Made by a program: the position numbers and the translations under genes. From the NCBI GenBank assembly GCA_963706575.1, contig CAVPNL010000010.1, positions 1 to 21,788 on the forward strand: 21,788 nt of DNA. Direction: 5' to 3'. Source of the DNA: an uncultured delta proteobacterium. GTDB lineage: Bacteria > Desulfobacterota > Desulfobacteria > Desulfobacterales > JAHEIW01. Positions 6,908-15,861 of the stretch are shown here, piece by piece (within the stretch, counting starts at the first letter, position 1; the number at the start of each line of letters is the position of its first letter). The notes below the pieces were generated by a model. It searched no databases and was not told the DNA's origin. It saw only the letters and a list, made by a program, of their open reading frames with translations.

Positions 6908-9502
6908 ATGATGTCACAAACCCATTTTAAAAATCAGGCCGCTGACGCTAAAGTTGGGACCCTGGGGACCTTTGCCGGGGTTTTTACACCCAGTATTTTG
7001 ACGATTCTCGGTATTATCCTTTTTCTGCGCCTGGGCTTTGTGGTCGGCAATGCGGGGCTGGGCCAGGCCTTGATCATATTGGCTCTGGCCAACGGTATTT
7101 CGGTGCTGACCACCTTTTCTCTGTCTGCCATAGCCACCAATCTCAAAGTCAAGGGCGGTGGGGATTACTATCTGATCTCCCGCACGCTGGGGCCGGAATT
7201 CGGCGGTGCCATCGGCATTGTCTTGTTTCTGGCACAGTCGGTTTCCATCGCTTTTTATTGTATCGGATTCGGCGAGGTGCTTGCCCACACACTGGCTTTG
7301 CCGGAAGGCTACTATGCCCAGATCATTGCCGCGGCTGCGGTGGCCTTCTTGTTTGTATTTGCCTGGCTGGGTGCGGATTGGGCAACCCGGTTTCAATATC
7401 TGGTGATGGCCATCCTGGCGGCAGCGCTCTTTTCTTTTTTTATCGGCAGCATCACCAAATGGGACAGCACGTTGCTGGTCCGGAACTGGACCGCACCCGA
7501 AGGCGGCCTGAGATTTTGGGTTATTTTTGCCATTTTTTTCCCGGCGGCGACCGGCTTTACCCAGGGGGTCAGCATGTCCGGTGACCTGAAAGATGCCGGC
7601 AGGAGCTTGCCGCGCGGGACCTTCACTGCCGTGGGCGTGTCCATTGTGGTGTATTTCCTGGCAACGATTGTTTTCGCCGCCACGCTGCCGTCCGAAACAT
7701 TAATGCGTGAATATGAATCCATGAATCGGGTGGCCGCGGTGGAATTTCTCATACGAGCCGGGGTCATTGCCGCCACCCTGTCTTCGGCCATGGCGTCTTT
7801 TCTGGGGGCCCCACGGATTTTGCAATCCCTCTCAGGCGATCGAATTTTCCCCTTCCTGCTGCCTTTTGCCAAGGGGTATGGGGCGGCCGGTAACCCCCGG
7901 CGAGGCGTCTTGCTTTCAGCCGCAATTGCTTTCGCCACCATCGGGCTGGGAAAGTTAAATATTATCGCACCGGTGGTTTCCATGTTCTTTTTAATTTCCT
8001 ACGGCCTGTTGAATTATGCCACCTATTTTGAAGCCCGTGCCGGCAGCCCATCGTTTCGCCCGCGCTTTCGCTGGTTTGATCAGAGACTTAGCCTAGCGGG
8101 TGCATTGGCCTGCCTGGCAGTGATGCTGGCGATTAATATAACCGCCGGTTTGATTGCCATGGCAATTTTATTCGGCTTATACCACTATTTAAAACGGACC
8201 AGCGGTCCGGCCCGCTGGGCCGACAGCAGGCGCTCCTATTACCTTCAGCGTATTCGGACAAATTTGCTGGCGGCAGCCCAGGAACCCGAACACCCCAGGG
8301 ATTGGCGGCCCCAGTTGCTGGTGTTTTCAGCTGACCCCCATCGACGTCAACGGCTACTGCATTTCGCGGAATGGCTCGAAGGCGATACCGGGTTTGCGAC
8401 GGTGGTCCGCATCCTGGAGGGCGAAGGGCCCAAAATGCTGAAACTGCGGGATGAGGCCGAAAAAGAGCTGCGCAAAGACATCGCCGATAGCGAATCAGAG
8501 GCCTTTCCCCTGGTTCTGGTCACACCCACAATGATTCAGGGAATCCACACCCTGGTTCAGGCTTATGGGATCGGCCCCTTGAAAGTGAATACGATCTTAT
8601 TGAACTGGTTCGAACATGAACCTACGGCCAAACGCGGTATTCGTGAAATTCTGTATGGCCGTCACATCAAGACGGCTTTTCGCCTGGGCAGCCATATCAT
8701 TGTTTTAAAAACAGATGAAGAAGAGTGGGAAAGATTGAAAGCGATCCCCGCCGAGGAGCGCCGGATCGATGTGTGGTGGTGGGATGATGCCAGCAGCCAC
8801 TTGATGCTGTTGCTCGCCTATCTGACGACCCGCAATAAAGACTGGCAGGGTGCCAGCATCCGCGTCCTGGCACCCAGCTTTGATCACCCCACTGAAGACA
8901 CGATGGCAGACTTTCGCCAGAAGCTTGAAAACGCCCGTATTAATGCCGAGCCTGAAATGGTTTTTAATGCCAAACCCAGCAACGTCATCGGATATTCAAA
9001 AGGGACATCCCTCGTATTTTTGCCGTTCCGCCTGAAAGGTAATCAGCCCGTGGATCCATTTGACCGGCCGGTCGAACAAATTCTGACTGATCTGCCGCTG
9101 ACGGCACTGGTACTGGCAGCCGAGGATATCGAACTGGAGGCCGAGCCCGAAGACGGAAAGGTGGCTGAAATCGCCGCAGCGGCAGATGCTTTGGCTGATG
9201 CCGAAAAGCGCGTGCAGACTGCAGAAAATGACGCTGAAACAGCCGCCGCTGCTGCCGCAAACGCCAAAGAAAAATTGCAGCAGCAAATTGAAACTGAAGC
9301 CGGCGCAGCGCAAATCGATGGGTCCAAAATTGATGCGCTAAAGTCGGAATTGAAAGTCGCTGAAATACAGGTCGAAAAAGCAGCACGCCGGTCTGCGAAA
9401 GCTAAAACAAAAGCCGAGGAAGCCGCCAAAGTCGTTGAAGCGTTGGGCGTGCCAGCCGCAAAAACCGAAAAAAACAGAAGCGAAGCCGACGATTCGAAAT
9501 AA
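6908..9502 (+). CDS. Cation-chloride cotransporter (SLC12/CCC family, APC fold) with cytoplasmic CTD and coiled-coil tail
   Basis: SLC12 signatures: GVFTPSILTILGIILFLR, SAIATN..VKGGGDYYLISRTLGPEFGGAIG, FFPAATG....SMSGDLKD, ATLSSAMASFLGAPRILQ, LNIIAPVVSMFFLISYGLLN, SPSFRPRF, WRPQLLV, IDVWW. Start taken as the ATG at 6908 or 6911 rather than the GTG/ATG extension to 6749. Confidence 0.9.
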   Translation: MMSQTHFKNQAADAKVGTLGTFAGVFTPSILTILGIILFLRLGFVVGNAGLGQALIILALANGISVLTTFSLSAIATNLKVKGGGDYYLISRTLGPEFGGAIGIVLFLAQSVSIAFYCIGFGEVLAHTLALPEGYYAQIIAAAAVAFLFVFAWLGADWATRFQYLVMAILAAALFSFFIGSITKWDSTLLVRNWTAPEGGLRFWVIFAIFFPAATGFTQGVSMSGDLKDAGRSLPRGTFTAVGVSIVVYFLATIVFAATLPSETLMREYESMNRVAAVEFLIRAGVIAATLSSAMASFLGAPRILQSLSGDRIFPFLLPFAKGYGAAGNPRRGVLLSAAIAFATIGLGKLNIIAPVVSMFFLISYGLLNYATYFEARAGSPSFRPRFRWFDQRLSLAGALACLAVMLAINITAGLIAMAILFGLYHYLKRTSGPARWADSRRSYYLQRIRTNLLAAAQEPEHPRDWRPQLLVFSADPHRRQRLLHFAEWLEGDTGFATVVRILEGEGPKMLKLRDEAEKELRKDIADSESEAFPLVLVTPTMIQGIHTLVQAYGIGPLKVNTILLNWFEHEPTAKRGIREILYGRHIKTAFRLGSHIIVLKTDEEEWERLKAIPAEERRIDVWWWDDASSHLMLLLAYLTTRNKDWQGASIRVLAPSFDHPTEDTMADFRQKLENARINAEPEMVFNAKPSNVIGYSKGTSLVFLPFRLKGNQPVDPFDRPVEQILTDLPLTALVLAAEDIELEAEPEDGKVAEIAAAADALADAEKRVQTAENDAETAAAAAANAKEKLQQQIETEAGAAQIDGSKIDALKSELKVAEIQVEKAARRSAKAKTKAEEAAKVVEALGVPAAKTEKNRSEADDSK

Positions 9503-9585
9503 CCATCACCTCTTGACACCTTTTAATTCTGACGCACCTTATCTGAAACAAAGCGAGACAAAACCCAAAATTTTAAATAACTGCC

Positions 9586-12500
9586 ATGAAAAAACCCAAC
9601 AAAAGTGTAGATACCGTACTCGTAAATTTGCTTCGAAAGCGCATTCTGTGGATACTCTTTGGCCTGGCACTATTCGGAACTTTGCTGCTCATTGCAATGC
9701 CATTTGGCATCGAATACGGGTTCAAGCGCTACCTGCTAAGTCAAGGAGCGGATCAAGCCGATTTGGAAGATGTGAACTTCAATCCCTTCACCGGTCGCCT
9801 GGTCGTAAAAAACCTGATCGTTAAAGTGGGCGCTGAACAGGTTTTGAACGTTTCCGAAGCCGGTTTTACCCTTGACTGGTCTCCCTTTTTTAAAAAACGT
9901 TTTATTTTGGAAAAGGTCGATCTCAGCAATTCCACGATCACAATCGAAGAATTGCCGGATGGGCGCTGGCGAATTGGAGGCCTTTCGCCCGCACCGTCTG
10001 AGGATAAATCAACTGCCCCATCATGGGGTTTTGGTCTTGCCGAGCTTCAGATTCAAAATAGCATGGTGAAATTGCGCAGCGCGCAACTCACAACCGAACT
10101 AAAAATCGAGCAGGCCCGGTTGGTGCGCTTGAGGAGCTGGCTTCCCGATCAGAAGGCCCGCCTCGAGTTTAGGGGGCAACTCAATGACGGCAAACTGCAA
10201 TTTAAAGGGGATTTTTCACCGTTTGGCAACGGCACCGCTGTTGACGGTTCTGTAAAACTGAGCGGATTGACGCTTACCCCCTTTGCGCAAGTGATCGCGG
10301 CCGATCCGAGCACTCTGCAGGGCCGGCTGGATGCTGATGTTACCATTCTCGGCAAAATCAGCGCTGAACAAAGATTCAGTTACGATCAAAAAGGTCGGGT
10401 GGTTTTGCATCAGATACGAACACGGTTCGGAGGCCTCACAGTTGCCGACGAAGACATCACCTGGGACGGAACGGTCCAGGTCAAATTGCCGGCTGCTTCC
10501 GATGCGCTTCAGATATCAGTCGCCGGGCAATTGGAAGGCAACGGTGGTTTTGTAAATCCGACACCGGATAAATTAGGGTTTCAGCACAAGGGGCTGGTCT
10601 GGAACGGAAAATTTATTCTGGACCGCAAAACACAGACGGCTGACTATAACTTCGATGGCGCCCTGGCGCTTCAGGATTTTAAAATGGCCACCCCCGAAAT
10701 GAATCTGGCCGAGGAAAACCTCCGCTGGGACGGAAACGTCCGGATCGCCGTACCGGATTCACCCGACGCGCTTAACGTTACAGCCGCGGGAAAGCTGGCG
10801 GGAAAAGGGGCATCAGGGGCATCCCTGGATTCACCTTCGGCGAATTTTAAGCTTCAGAGCAGTGGCCTAGATTGGAACGGGGAGTTTGCCTTTACCGCAA
10901 AAAAGGAAACAGCCGACGTCAAACTCGATGGCGATCTGAAGTTCGCAAAGCTTGAGGTTGCCACCCCTGATGTGCTTCTGGCCGAAGAAGACCTCGGGTG
11001 GAGCGGAGACCTTCAATTGTTGCTCCCTGAAAACAGCGCAGCACAGCGGTTGACAACCAATGGAAGTCTCGAATCCAGGCGTCAAAGGATCTTTTTGGTC
11101 CGAGAAAATTTGAACCTCGCAAACGAAAATCTCTCATGGAAGGGTCGCTTCGTCTGCGGGCTGCAGGATGTTACGGCCGGCCTTGCGGCTGAAGGTGATC
11201 TCAGCTTAACCGATCTGGCAATTACCGCCGCGCCCAAAAAATTAAAGTTATTGGCGTCAAAGGCGGTCAACTTAAAATCGATCAAAGGAGACGCGGCCAC
11301 GCAATTCAGCGTCGCCACAGCAAAAATCACCGGCCTGGATCTTATCGGCCAAGCGGGCTCGCCTGAAAAGGATTCGCTGTTTAGCGCCTCAGAGGTGCAG
11401 GTTGACACCGTCAAACTCGAGCGGCTCAAAACGCTTTCAATAGAATCAGCCCGCATCGTAGCCGCCAAAGGGGTGTTGCATCACAAAAATGATGGTCACT
11501 GGCGCTACATCGATGATTTAACAGCCTTTATGGCCGATTCCGGATCGAGCGCTCAAAAAAAACCATCGCAAAACAGGGCGGCGCAAAAAGCCCAAGCGCC
11601 TGCAAAAGAAGAAGATGTTGAATTTGGAATCCGCATTGGGAGCCTGGAAATTGTCGGAGACAGTGTGGTGCATTATGAAGATGAAACCGTCAGCCCGACC
11701 TTCAGCACCGAGGTCCGTCTGAAAGAAGCCCGCGTGACGGATATCAACAGTGCGAAGCCTGATCAAGCCAGCCCTGTATCGTTGGTCGCTGAATCAAGAA
11801 AATACACGCATTTAAAGCTGCAGGGCAATGTTCAGCCTTTCGGTGAACGCATCAGCATGGACTTAAAAGGTAAGATCAAGGCAGTTGAACTGCCGCCGCT
11901 GTCGTCCTATGCCGCCAAAACGCTGGGGTACAATCTGATCAGTGGAGAGATGGACGCCGACATCGACCTCAAAATTGCTGTCGGCAAACTGCAGGGCGAA
12001 GGTAATCTGAAGTTTTACAACCCGATCGTCGAGGCCGTCGATCCGGAAAAAATGAAAAGCGAGGCGGGCCGCCCCATCCCCCTGCAGAGCGCCTTGAAAC
12101 TTCTGCGCGACAATGACGATGACGTCCGCTTGAAGATACCGATCTCCGGTGATGTGAGCGATCCGAAATTCAGCATTTCGGATGCCATCAACCAGGCCTT
12201 CATCAACGGCCTTACGATGGCTACGCTATCTTATATGAAGTATATGCTGGGGCCATATGGTATGGCTATCGGTATCGTCGAACTGGGTGCAAAGTTTGGC
12301 CAAAAAGCGCTGACCGGCATCCGCCTCAAGCCGGTTGACTTCCAGCCCGGCGCTTCCGACCTGGACCCTGCGGCCATGGAATACCTGGGCAAAGTGGCGG
12401 CCATTCTGAAGGAAAAAAAAGATTTGCGCCTCAGGTTGTGCGGGTGGGCGACGGATAGCGATCGAATGGGGCCGCGCGAGGCGGCGGCAGATACTCCGGC

Positions 12501-12732
12501 AGCGCCGTCCGGGGCAGAAAAATCAGGGCCCGACGGGCAGATCGTCGCTTCAAAAGACGATCATTTTCCATTAAGCAACGAGGCGATACTCGCGCTTGCT
12601 GAACAGCGCGCCAACCGAATCGAAGATATCCTGGTCAGCCAGCATGGTATCAAAAACAAGCGCATTTTTATTTGCACCCCGGAAATCGATGAACATCCCG
12701 AGGCCAAACCTCGCGTGGAGATCGTTTTTTAG
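9586..12732 (+). CDS. DUF748/AsmA-like envelope protein with internal repeats and an OmpA-like C-terminal domain
   Basis: N-terminal TM, 'DVNFNPFTGRLVV' N-terminus typical of DUF748, a beta-rich body, a second DUF748-like region (LPPLSSYA...GY.LISGE.D.D), 'IPISGDVSDPKFS', and an OmpA-like end (VDFQPGASDL...LAEQRA..I...L...GI...RI...PRVEI). Confidence 0.85.
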   Translation: MKKPNKSVDTVLVNLLRKRILWILFGLALFGTLLLIAMPFGIEYGFKRYLLSQGADQADLEDVNFNPFTGRLVVKNLIVKVGAEQVLNVSEAGFTLDWSPFFKKRFILEKVDLSNSTITIEELPDGRWRIGGLSPAPSEDKSTAPSWGFGLAELQIQNSMVKLRSAQLTTELKIEQARLVRLRSWLPDQKARLEFRGQLNDGKLQFKGDFSPFGNGTAVDGSVKLSGLTLTPFAQVIAADPSTLQGRLDADVTILGKISAEQRFSYDQKGRVVLHQIRTRFGGLTVADEDITWDGTVQVKLPAASDALQISVAGQLEGNGGFVNPTPDKLGFQHKGLVWNGKFILDRKTQTADYNFDGALALQDFKMATPEMNLAEENLRWDGNVRIAVPDSPDALNVTAAGKLAGKGASGASLDSPSANFKLQSSGLDWNGEFAFTAKKETADVKLDGDLKFAKLEVATPDVLLAEEDLGWSGDLQLLLPENSAAQRLTTNGSLESRRQRIFLVRENLNLANENLSWKGRFVCGLQDVTAGLAAEGDLSLTDLAITAAPKKLKLLASKAVNLKSIKGDAATQFSVATAKITGLDLIGQAGSPEKDSLFSASEVQVDTVKLERLKTLSIESARIVAAKGVLHHKNDGHWRYIDDLTAFMADSGSSAQKKPSQNRAAQKAQAPAKEEDVEFGIRIGSLEIVGDSVVHYEDETVSPTFSTEVRLKEARVTDINSAKPDQASPVSLVAESRKYTHLKLQGNVQPFGERISMDLKGKIKAVELPPLSSYAAKTLGYNLISGEMDADIDLKIAVGKLQGEGNLKFYNPIVEAVDPEKMKSEAGRPIPLQSALKLLRDNDDDVRLKIPISGDVSDPKFSISDAINQAFINGLTMATLSYMKYMLGPYGMAIGIVELGAKFGQKALTGIRLKPVDFQPGASDLDPAAMEYLGKVAAILKEKKDLRLRLCGWATDSDRMGPREAAADTPAAPSGAEKSGPDGQIVASKDDHFPLSNEAILALAEQRANRIEDILVSQHGIKNKRIFICTPEIDEHPEAKPRVEIVF
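10444..11240 (+). repeat. Three tandem ~88-91 aa intragenic repeats, each made of two related ~44-aa halves
   Basis: Units start at 10444 (ADEDITWDGTVQV), 10708 (AEENLRWDGNVRI) and 10981 (AEEDLGWSGDLQL). Second halves start at 10582 (QHKGLVWNGKF), 10855 (QSSGLDWNGEF) and 11119 (ANENLSWKGRF). Confidence 0.85.
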
Positions 12733-12847
12733 CCAATAGAGGTCTTTCATCCATTACGGCCGAACATGCCTGCGTCTGAACAATTCATTATGAAGTCCCC
12801 TCCGATATCGCATCCGAAGTGAAAAAAAATTGTACGATATGAAAGTC

Positions 12848-12877
12848 TTGACAAAATAGTGGCACAATTAATAAAGT
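12848..12877 (+). promoter_or_regulatory. Putative sigma70 promoter for the lapA-like gene
   Basis: TTGACA (12848-12853), 18-nt spacer, TAAAGT (12872-12877). An AAGGAG RBS lies downstream at 12931. Confidence 0.5.
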
Positions 12878-12942
12878 CGGCTTGCAGGGGCCCTCTCACT
12901 TGGCAACTGAGACCACTTCGAATAAAATTTAAGGAGAATAAA

Positions 12943-13320
12943 ATGGGGAGCTATTTTAAAGCGTTTTTGTTGCTCATTGTACTCGTTGTGCTGGTTACGT
13001 TCGGTATAAAAAACAATGAAACAATGATATTGCATTTTTATTTTCAATTGAGCAGTATCCCAATTCCGGTATATGCTGTCGTATATGGTTCCCTTATCGT
13101 GGGAGTATTTATCGGGATGATCGTCGGTATCAGCGGCCGATTTACCCAGCGCAAAAAAATAAAACAGTTGCAGAAAGAAAACCGTGGTTTAAAAGATAAA
13201 GTTGCAGAGCCTGCAGCCGAAGAGACGACTGCTGAAGAAAAGGCGGTTGTGGAAACGGAAGCTTCACTGGATGAGACCCAGGCGATTGGAAACGATCCAG
13301 AAGATAAAGAACAGGTTTAG
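12943..13320 (+). CDS. LapA (DUF1049/YciS) family membrane protein
   Basis: ATG 6 nt after AAGGAG. TM, 'N...M.L.F.F' beta-hairpin, P.Y second TM (G...G...G), then a basic coiled coil (RKKIKQLQKENRGLK) and an acidic tail. Confidence 0.78.
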   Translation: MGSYFKAFLLLIVLVVLVTFGIKNNETMILHFYFQLSSIPIPVYAVVYGSLIVGVFIGMIVGISGRFTQRKKIKQLQKENRGLKDKVAEPAAEETTAEEKAVVETEASLDETQAIGNDPEDKEQV

Positions 13321-13358
13321 CCGGCTTCCAAGTGCGAGAGGCCGGCACCCCATTTTTT
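13320..13358 (+). terminator. Possible intrinsic terminator after the lapA-like gene
   Basis: GCCGGCTTC / GAGGCCGGC 9-bp stem (one G-U) with a 9-nt loop. A T6 run follows after a 6-nt gap. Confidence 0.4.
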
Positions 13359-13457
13359 CGATATTGGTCATCTTGGGGTCGGTCAAACGTTGAGCGTAAC
13401 AGCCGGCAATCCCGATTCAACCGCTGAGCAGCAAACTGCTGTGGATACCGTGTTCCC

Positions 13458-15605
13458 CTATCGTATTTTAATTACCACCAGTGTCACATCATCTTCAATT
13501 TTCTTTCCTTTTGCAAATCGGTACAGCATATCCATTAAAATATTTAAGATTCCCTTGGCACTCAGGGCCGCATTGGCCCGGATAAGGTCATATATCCGAT
13601 CTTTGCCGAACATCTCTCCAGCGACATTTTGGGCTTCCCAGACTCCATCGGTCGCCAGAACAATAATCTGGCCTTCTGTAAGATCCCCTTTTTTGTTTTC
13701 GGTAAACACCCATGATTCTTCTACCCCCAGCGGAATGCCCTCTCCTCCAAGCGCTTCAAACGATCTCGTCTTGGGATCGTAGAAAATGGCCGGATCATGA
13801 CCGGCGCGTACCCACTCGAGTGTTTTATGCTCGTGGTCAATTCTCAGATAAAACAGGGTCATGAAATTGTTATATTCGGCGACATCTTTGGCAAGTTGAC
13901 CGTTGACATCTGAAATGATCTGTCCGAGCGTTCCGGGCAATGCGATTCGCTGACGAAGAAACGCACGCGCAGACGCCATGAGCAGGGCCGAGGAAATTCC
14001 ATGCCCGGATACATCACCGACGACAACGCTGATTTTTTTGCCATTTTTCCCGTCGAATTCCAGAAAATCATAATAGTCGCCCCCGGTTTCATCGCAGTAA
14101 ATACTTTTCCCGGCAATGTCCAACCCCGGTATTTCCGGATTTTTGCTAGGTAGAAGCTTTTGCTGAACCTTCATGGCCAGGTCCATGGATTGATGCAGCC
14201 GGAGATGATCCTCGAGTTTAGGCCCAATCTCATTGAAGGCCTGAACCACCAGATCGCGCTCATCTCCGGTACGCAAGCCCAGCTTCACAGAGAAATCGCC
14301 GCTGGACAGTTTCTTGGCGGCTGCGGTGATCCTTAACAGGGACCGCGTAATCATATAGGAGCCCATAAGGGCGGCGGCCGCAAGGAAAACAATCGTTAGA
14401 AATGTGGCCGCACCGGCAAAAAGAATTTGGTCTTTTATATACGCAAAAAATGTTTTGCTGGCCTCATCCGGCAATGCCATGATAACTGATTTGGGCACAA
14501 TCGCTACAAATTGGATAAGATCATCTATACCGGCATAGGCCCAAATTGATTCTACATTCTTAAACGGCAGCGCCGTATATCCGGCCTGTCCGACCCTAAG
14601 TTGTTTAATAACGACATCAAATCCGACGCTTTCTGAAGAAGAGAGCCATTTTTTTCCTGCCACCGGTGCCCAAGATCCGCGATCGTGTTGATAGTCTTTA
14701 TGGGCCAGGATTAAAAGACCGGATTGATGCATCTGCGGATCGAGGGCGGTCGTCACAATAAAAGAATGAGCATCGGATGCCCACAGCGGGGAGAGCGCAC
14801 TTTTTTGTAACGCTTCGGTAAAGCGAATATCGATGGCCGCAACTCCCAAAAAAGACCCATCGGGCCGGTACAAGCGTTGTGAAACCGTAAAGGTTAAAAA
14901 TCCGGTGTCGGTATTTATGCGGGGCAGGGTCCAGGTCGGTGTATCTTTTGCTTCGGTGAACCATGGATACCACTGGGGCTCAAAACTCTCCAGATAGCCG
15001 CCGTGACCCGGATAGGACATATAGATGCCGTTGTGCAAACAGATATGGGCCCAGTGCAATGTTTTGCCGAATTCATTGGAAAGTTTTCTGAAAGTGGGTA
15101 TCATCTGGCTCAAGGAGGCGAGATCCGGGGCGATCTTTTCTTTTTCAAGGTCCGGCGGCAACAAAAATACGGGCTGATTGAAGCTAACCGCATTATCCAA
15201 AAACTCGCCGTCATGGGTTTCCATTCGGTATCGCTGAATCGGCAAAAAATCTTCAGGAGCGGTGCGCGGATCGTCAAAATCGGCCGCAACATAAATTTTA
15301 GAGGATTCAGCGGTCTTTTTCGAAAAGGCGAGTTCAGCTTCACCGGCCAAGACCTGAAGATAAAACGCCATGGCATCTTTGGTTCGCTGTAAAACTTTTG
15401 CCGAATTTTCTGCGGTTTGCCGCAGCTCCATCCCCACGATATGAGTGAGCCGTATACGTGCATCCTCAGAAATCGTTTTCCCCAAAAGCATCGTTCCGCG
15501 CTGACTGACGACGGTGACCACAATCAACGGCGTCAGACTGAACACCAGCAAAATGATAAAAAATTTCCAGCGCAGTTTCAGATTGAACTTGAAGCCAGGT
15601 ATCAT
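13458..15605 (-). CDS. Membrane-bound PP2C/SpoIIE (RsbU-like) phosphatase with periplasmic Cache-like sensor and HAMP domain
   Basis: TM, periplasmic region (..PW..., TWT.P..., G..LGVAAID), TM, HAMP (..AAKKLSSGDF....TGDE...V.QAFNE), then PP2C motifs A..VQ..LLP, GGDYYD, GDVSGHG, RAGH, TDGV.EA, DDVTLVV. Confidence 0.92.
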   Translation of the reverse strand: MIPGFKFNLKLRWKFFIILLVFSLTPLIVVTVVSQRGTMLLGKTISEDARIRLTHIVGMELRQTAENSAKVLQRTKDAMAFYLQVLAGEAELAFSKKTAESSKIYVAADFDDPRTAPEDFLPIQRYRMETHDGEFLDNAVSFNQPVFLLPPDLEKEKIAPDLASLSQMIPTFRKLSNEFGKTLHWAHICLHNGIYMSYPGHGGYLESFEPQWYPWFTEAKDTPTWTLPRINTDTGFLTFTVSQRLYRPDGSFLGVAAIDIRFTEALQKSALSPLWASDAHSFIVTTALDPQMHQSGLLILAHKDYQHDRGSWAPVAGKKWLSSSESVGFDVVIKQLRVGQAGYTALPFKNVESIWAYAGIDDLIQFVAIVPKSVIMALPDEASKTFFAYIKDQILFAGAATFLTIVFLAAAALMGSYMITRSLLRITAAAKKLSSGDFSVKLGLRTGDERDLVVQAFNEIGPKLEDHLRLHQSMDLAMKVQQKLLPSKNPEIPGLDIAGKSIYCDETGGDYYDFLEFDGKNGKKISVVVGDVSGHGISSALLMASARAFLRQRIALPGTLGQIISDVNGQLAKDVAEYNNFMTLFYLRIDHEHKTLEWVRAGHDPAIFYDPKTRSFEALGGEGIPLGVEESWVFTENKKGDLTEGQIIVLATDGVWEAQNVAGEMFGKDRIYDLIRANAALSAKGILNILMDMLYRFAKGKKIEDDVTLVVIKIR

Positions 15606-15861
15606 TGTTTAAATTCCCCAAAAAGAAATTTCTATAATGATAAAACAGTGCCGCTATAAATAAAAGCGTAAATTAATGTCATCGCCGGAAATGCTCGGGC
15701 CCGGTCCTGTTCTCCTGCAATGATCCTGCGGCTTTTATTGACACTCGGCCGGCAACATGATAGCCGGTAACAGCAAAAAGATCGTGAAAGACCGCGCAAA
15801 ACGCCGATTATGGGTTTTAGCGGATCCGTGATTCTTAATCTATTATTTACTGGAGAGGCTT

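Noticed and set aside
9043..9519. 158-aa Ala/Ser-rich antisense ORF
   Set aside because: Shadow of the low-complexity coiled-coil tail of the cotransporter, with no independent motif or RBS.
12860..12875. TGGCAC as a sigma54 -24 box
   Set aside because: No TTGC -12 element at the required spacing.
12859..12942. Upstream GTG extension of the lapA-like ORF
   Set aside because: Overlaps the predicted promoter. A strong AAGGAG precedes the ATG at 12943.
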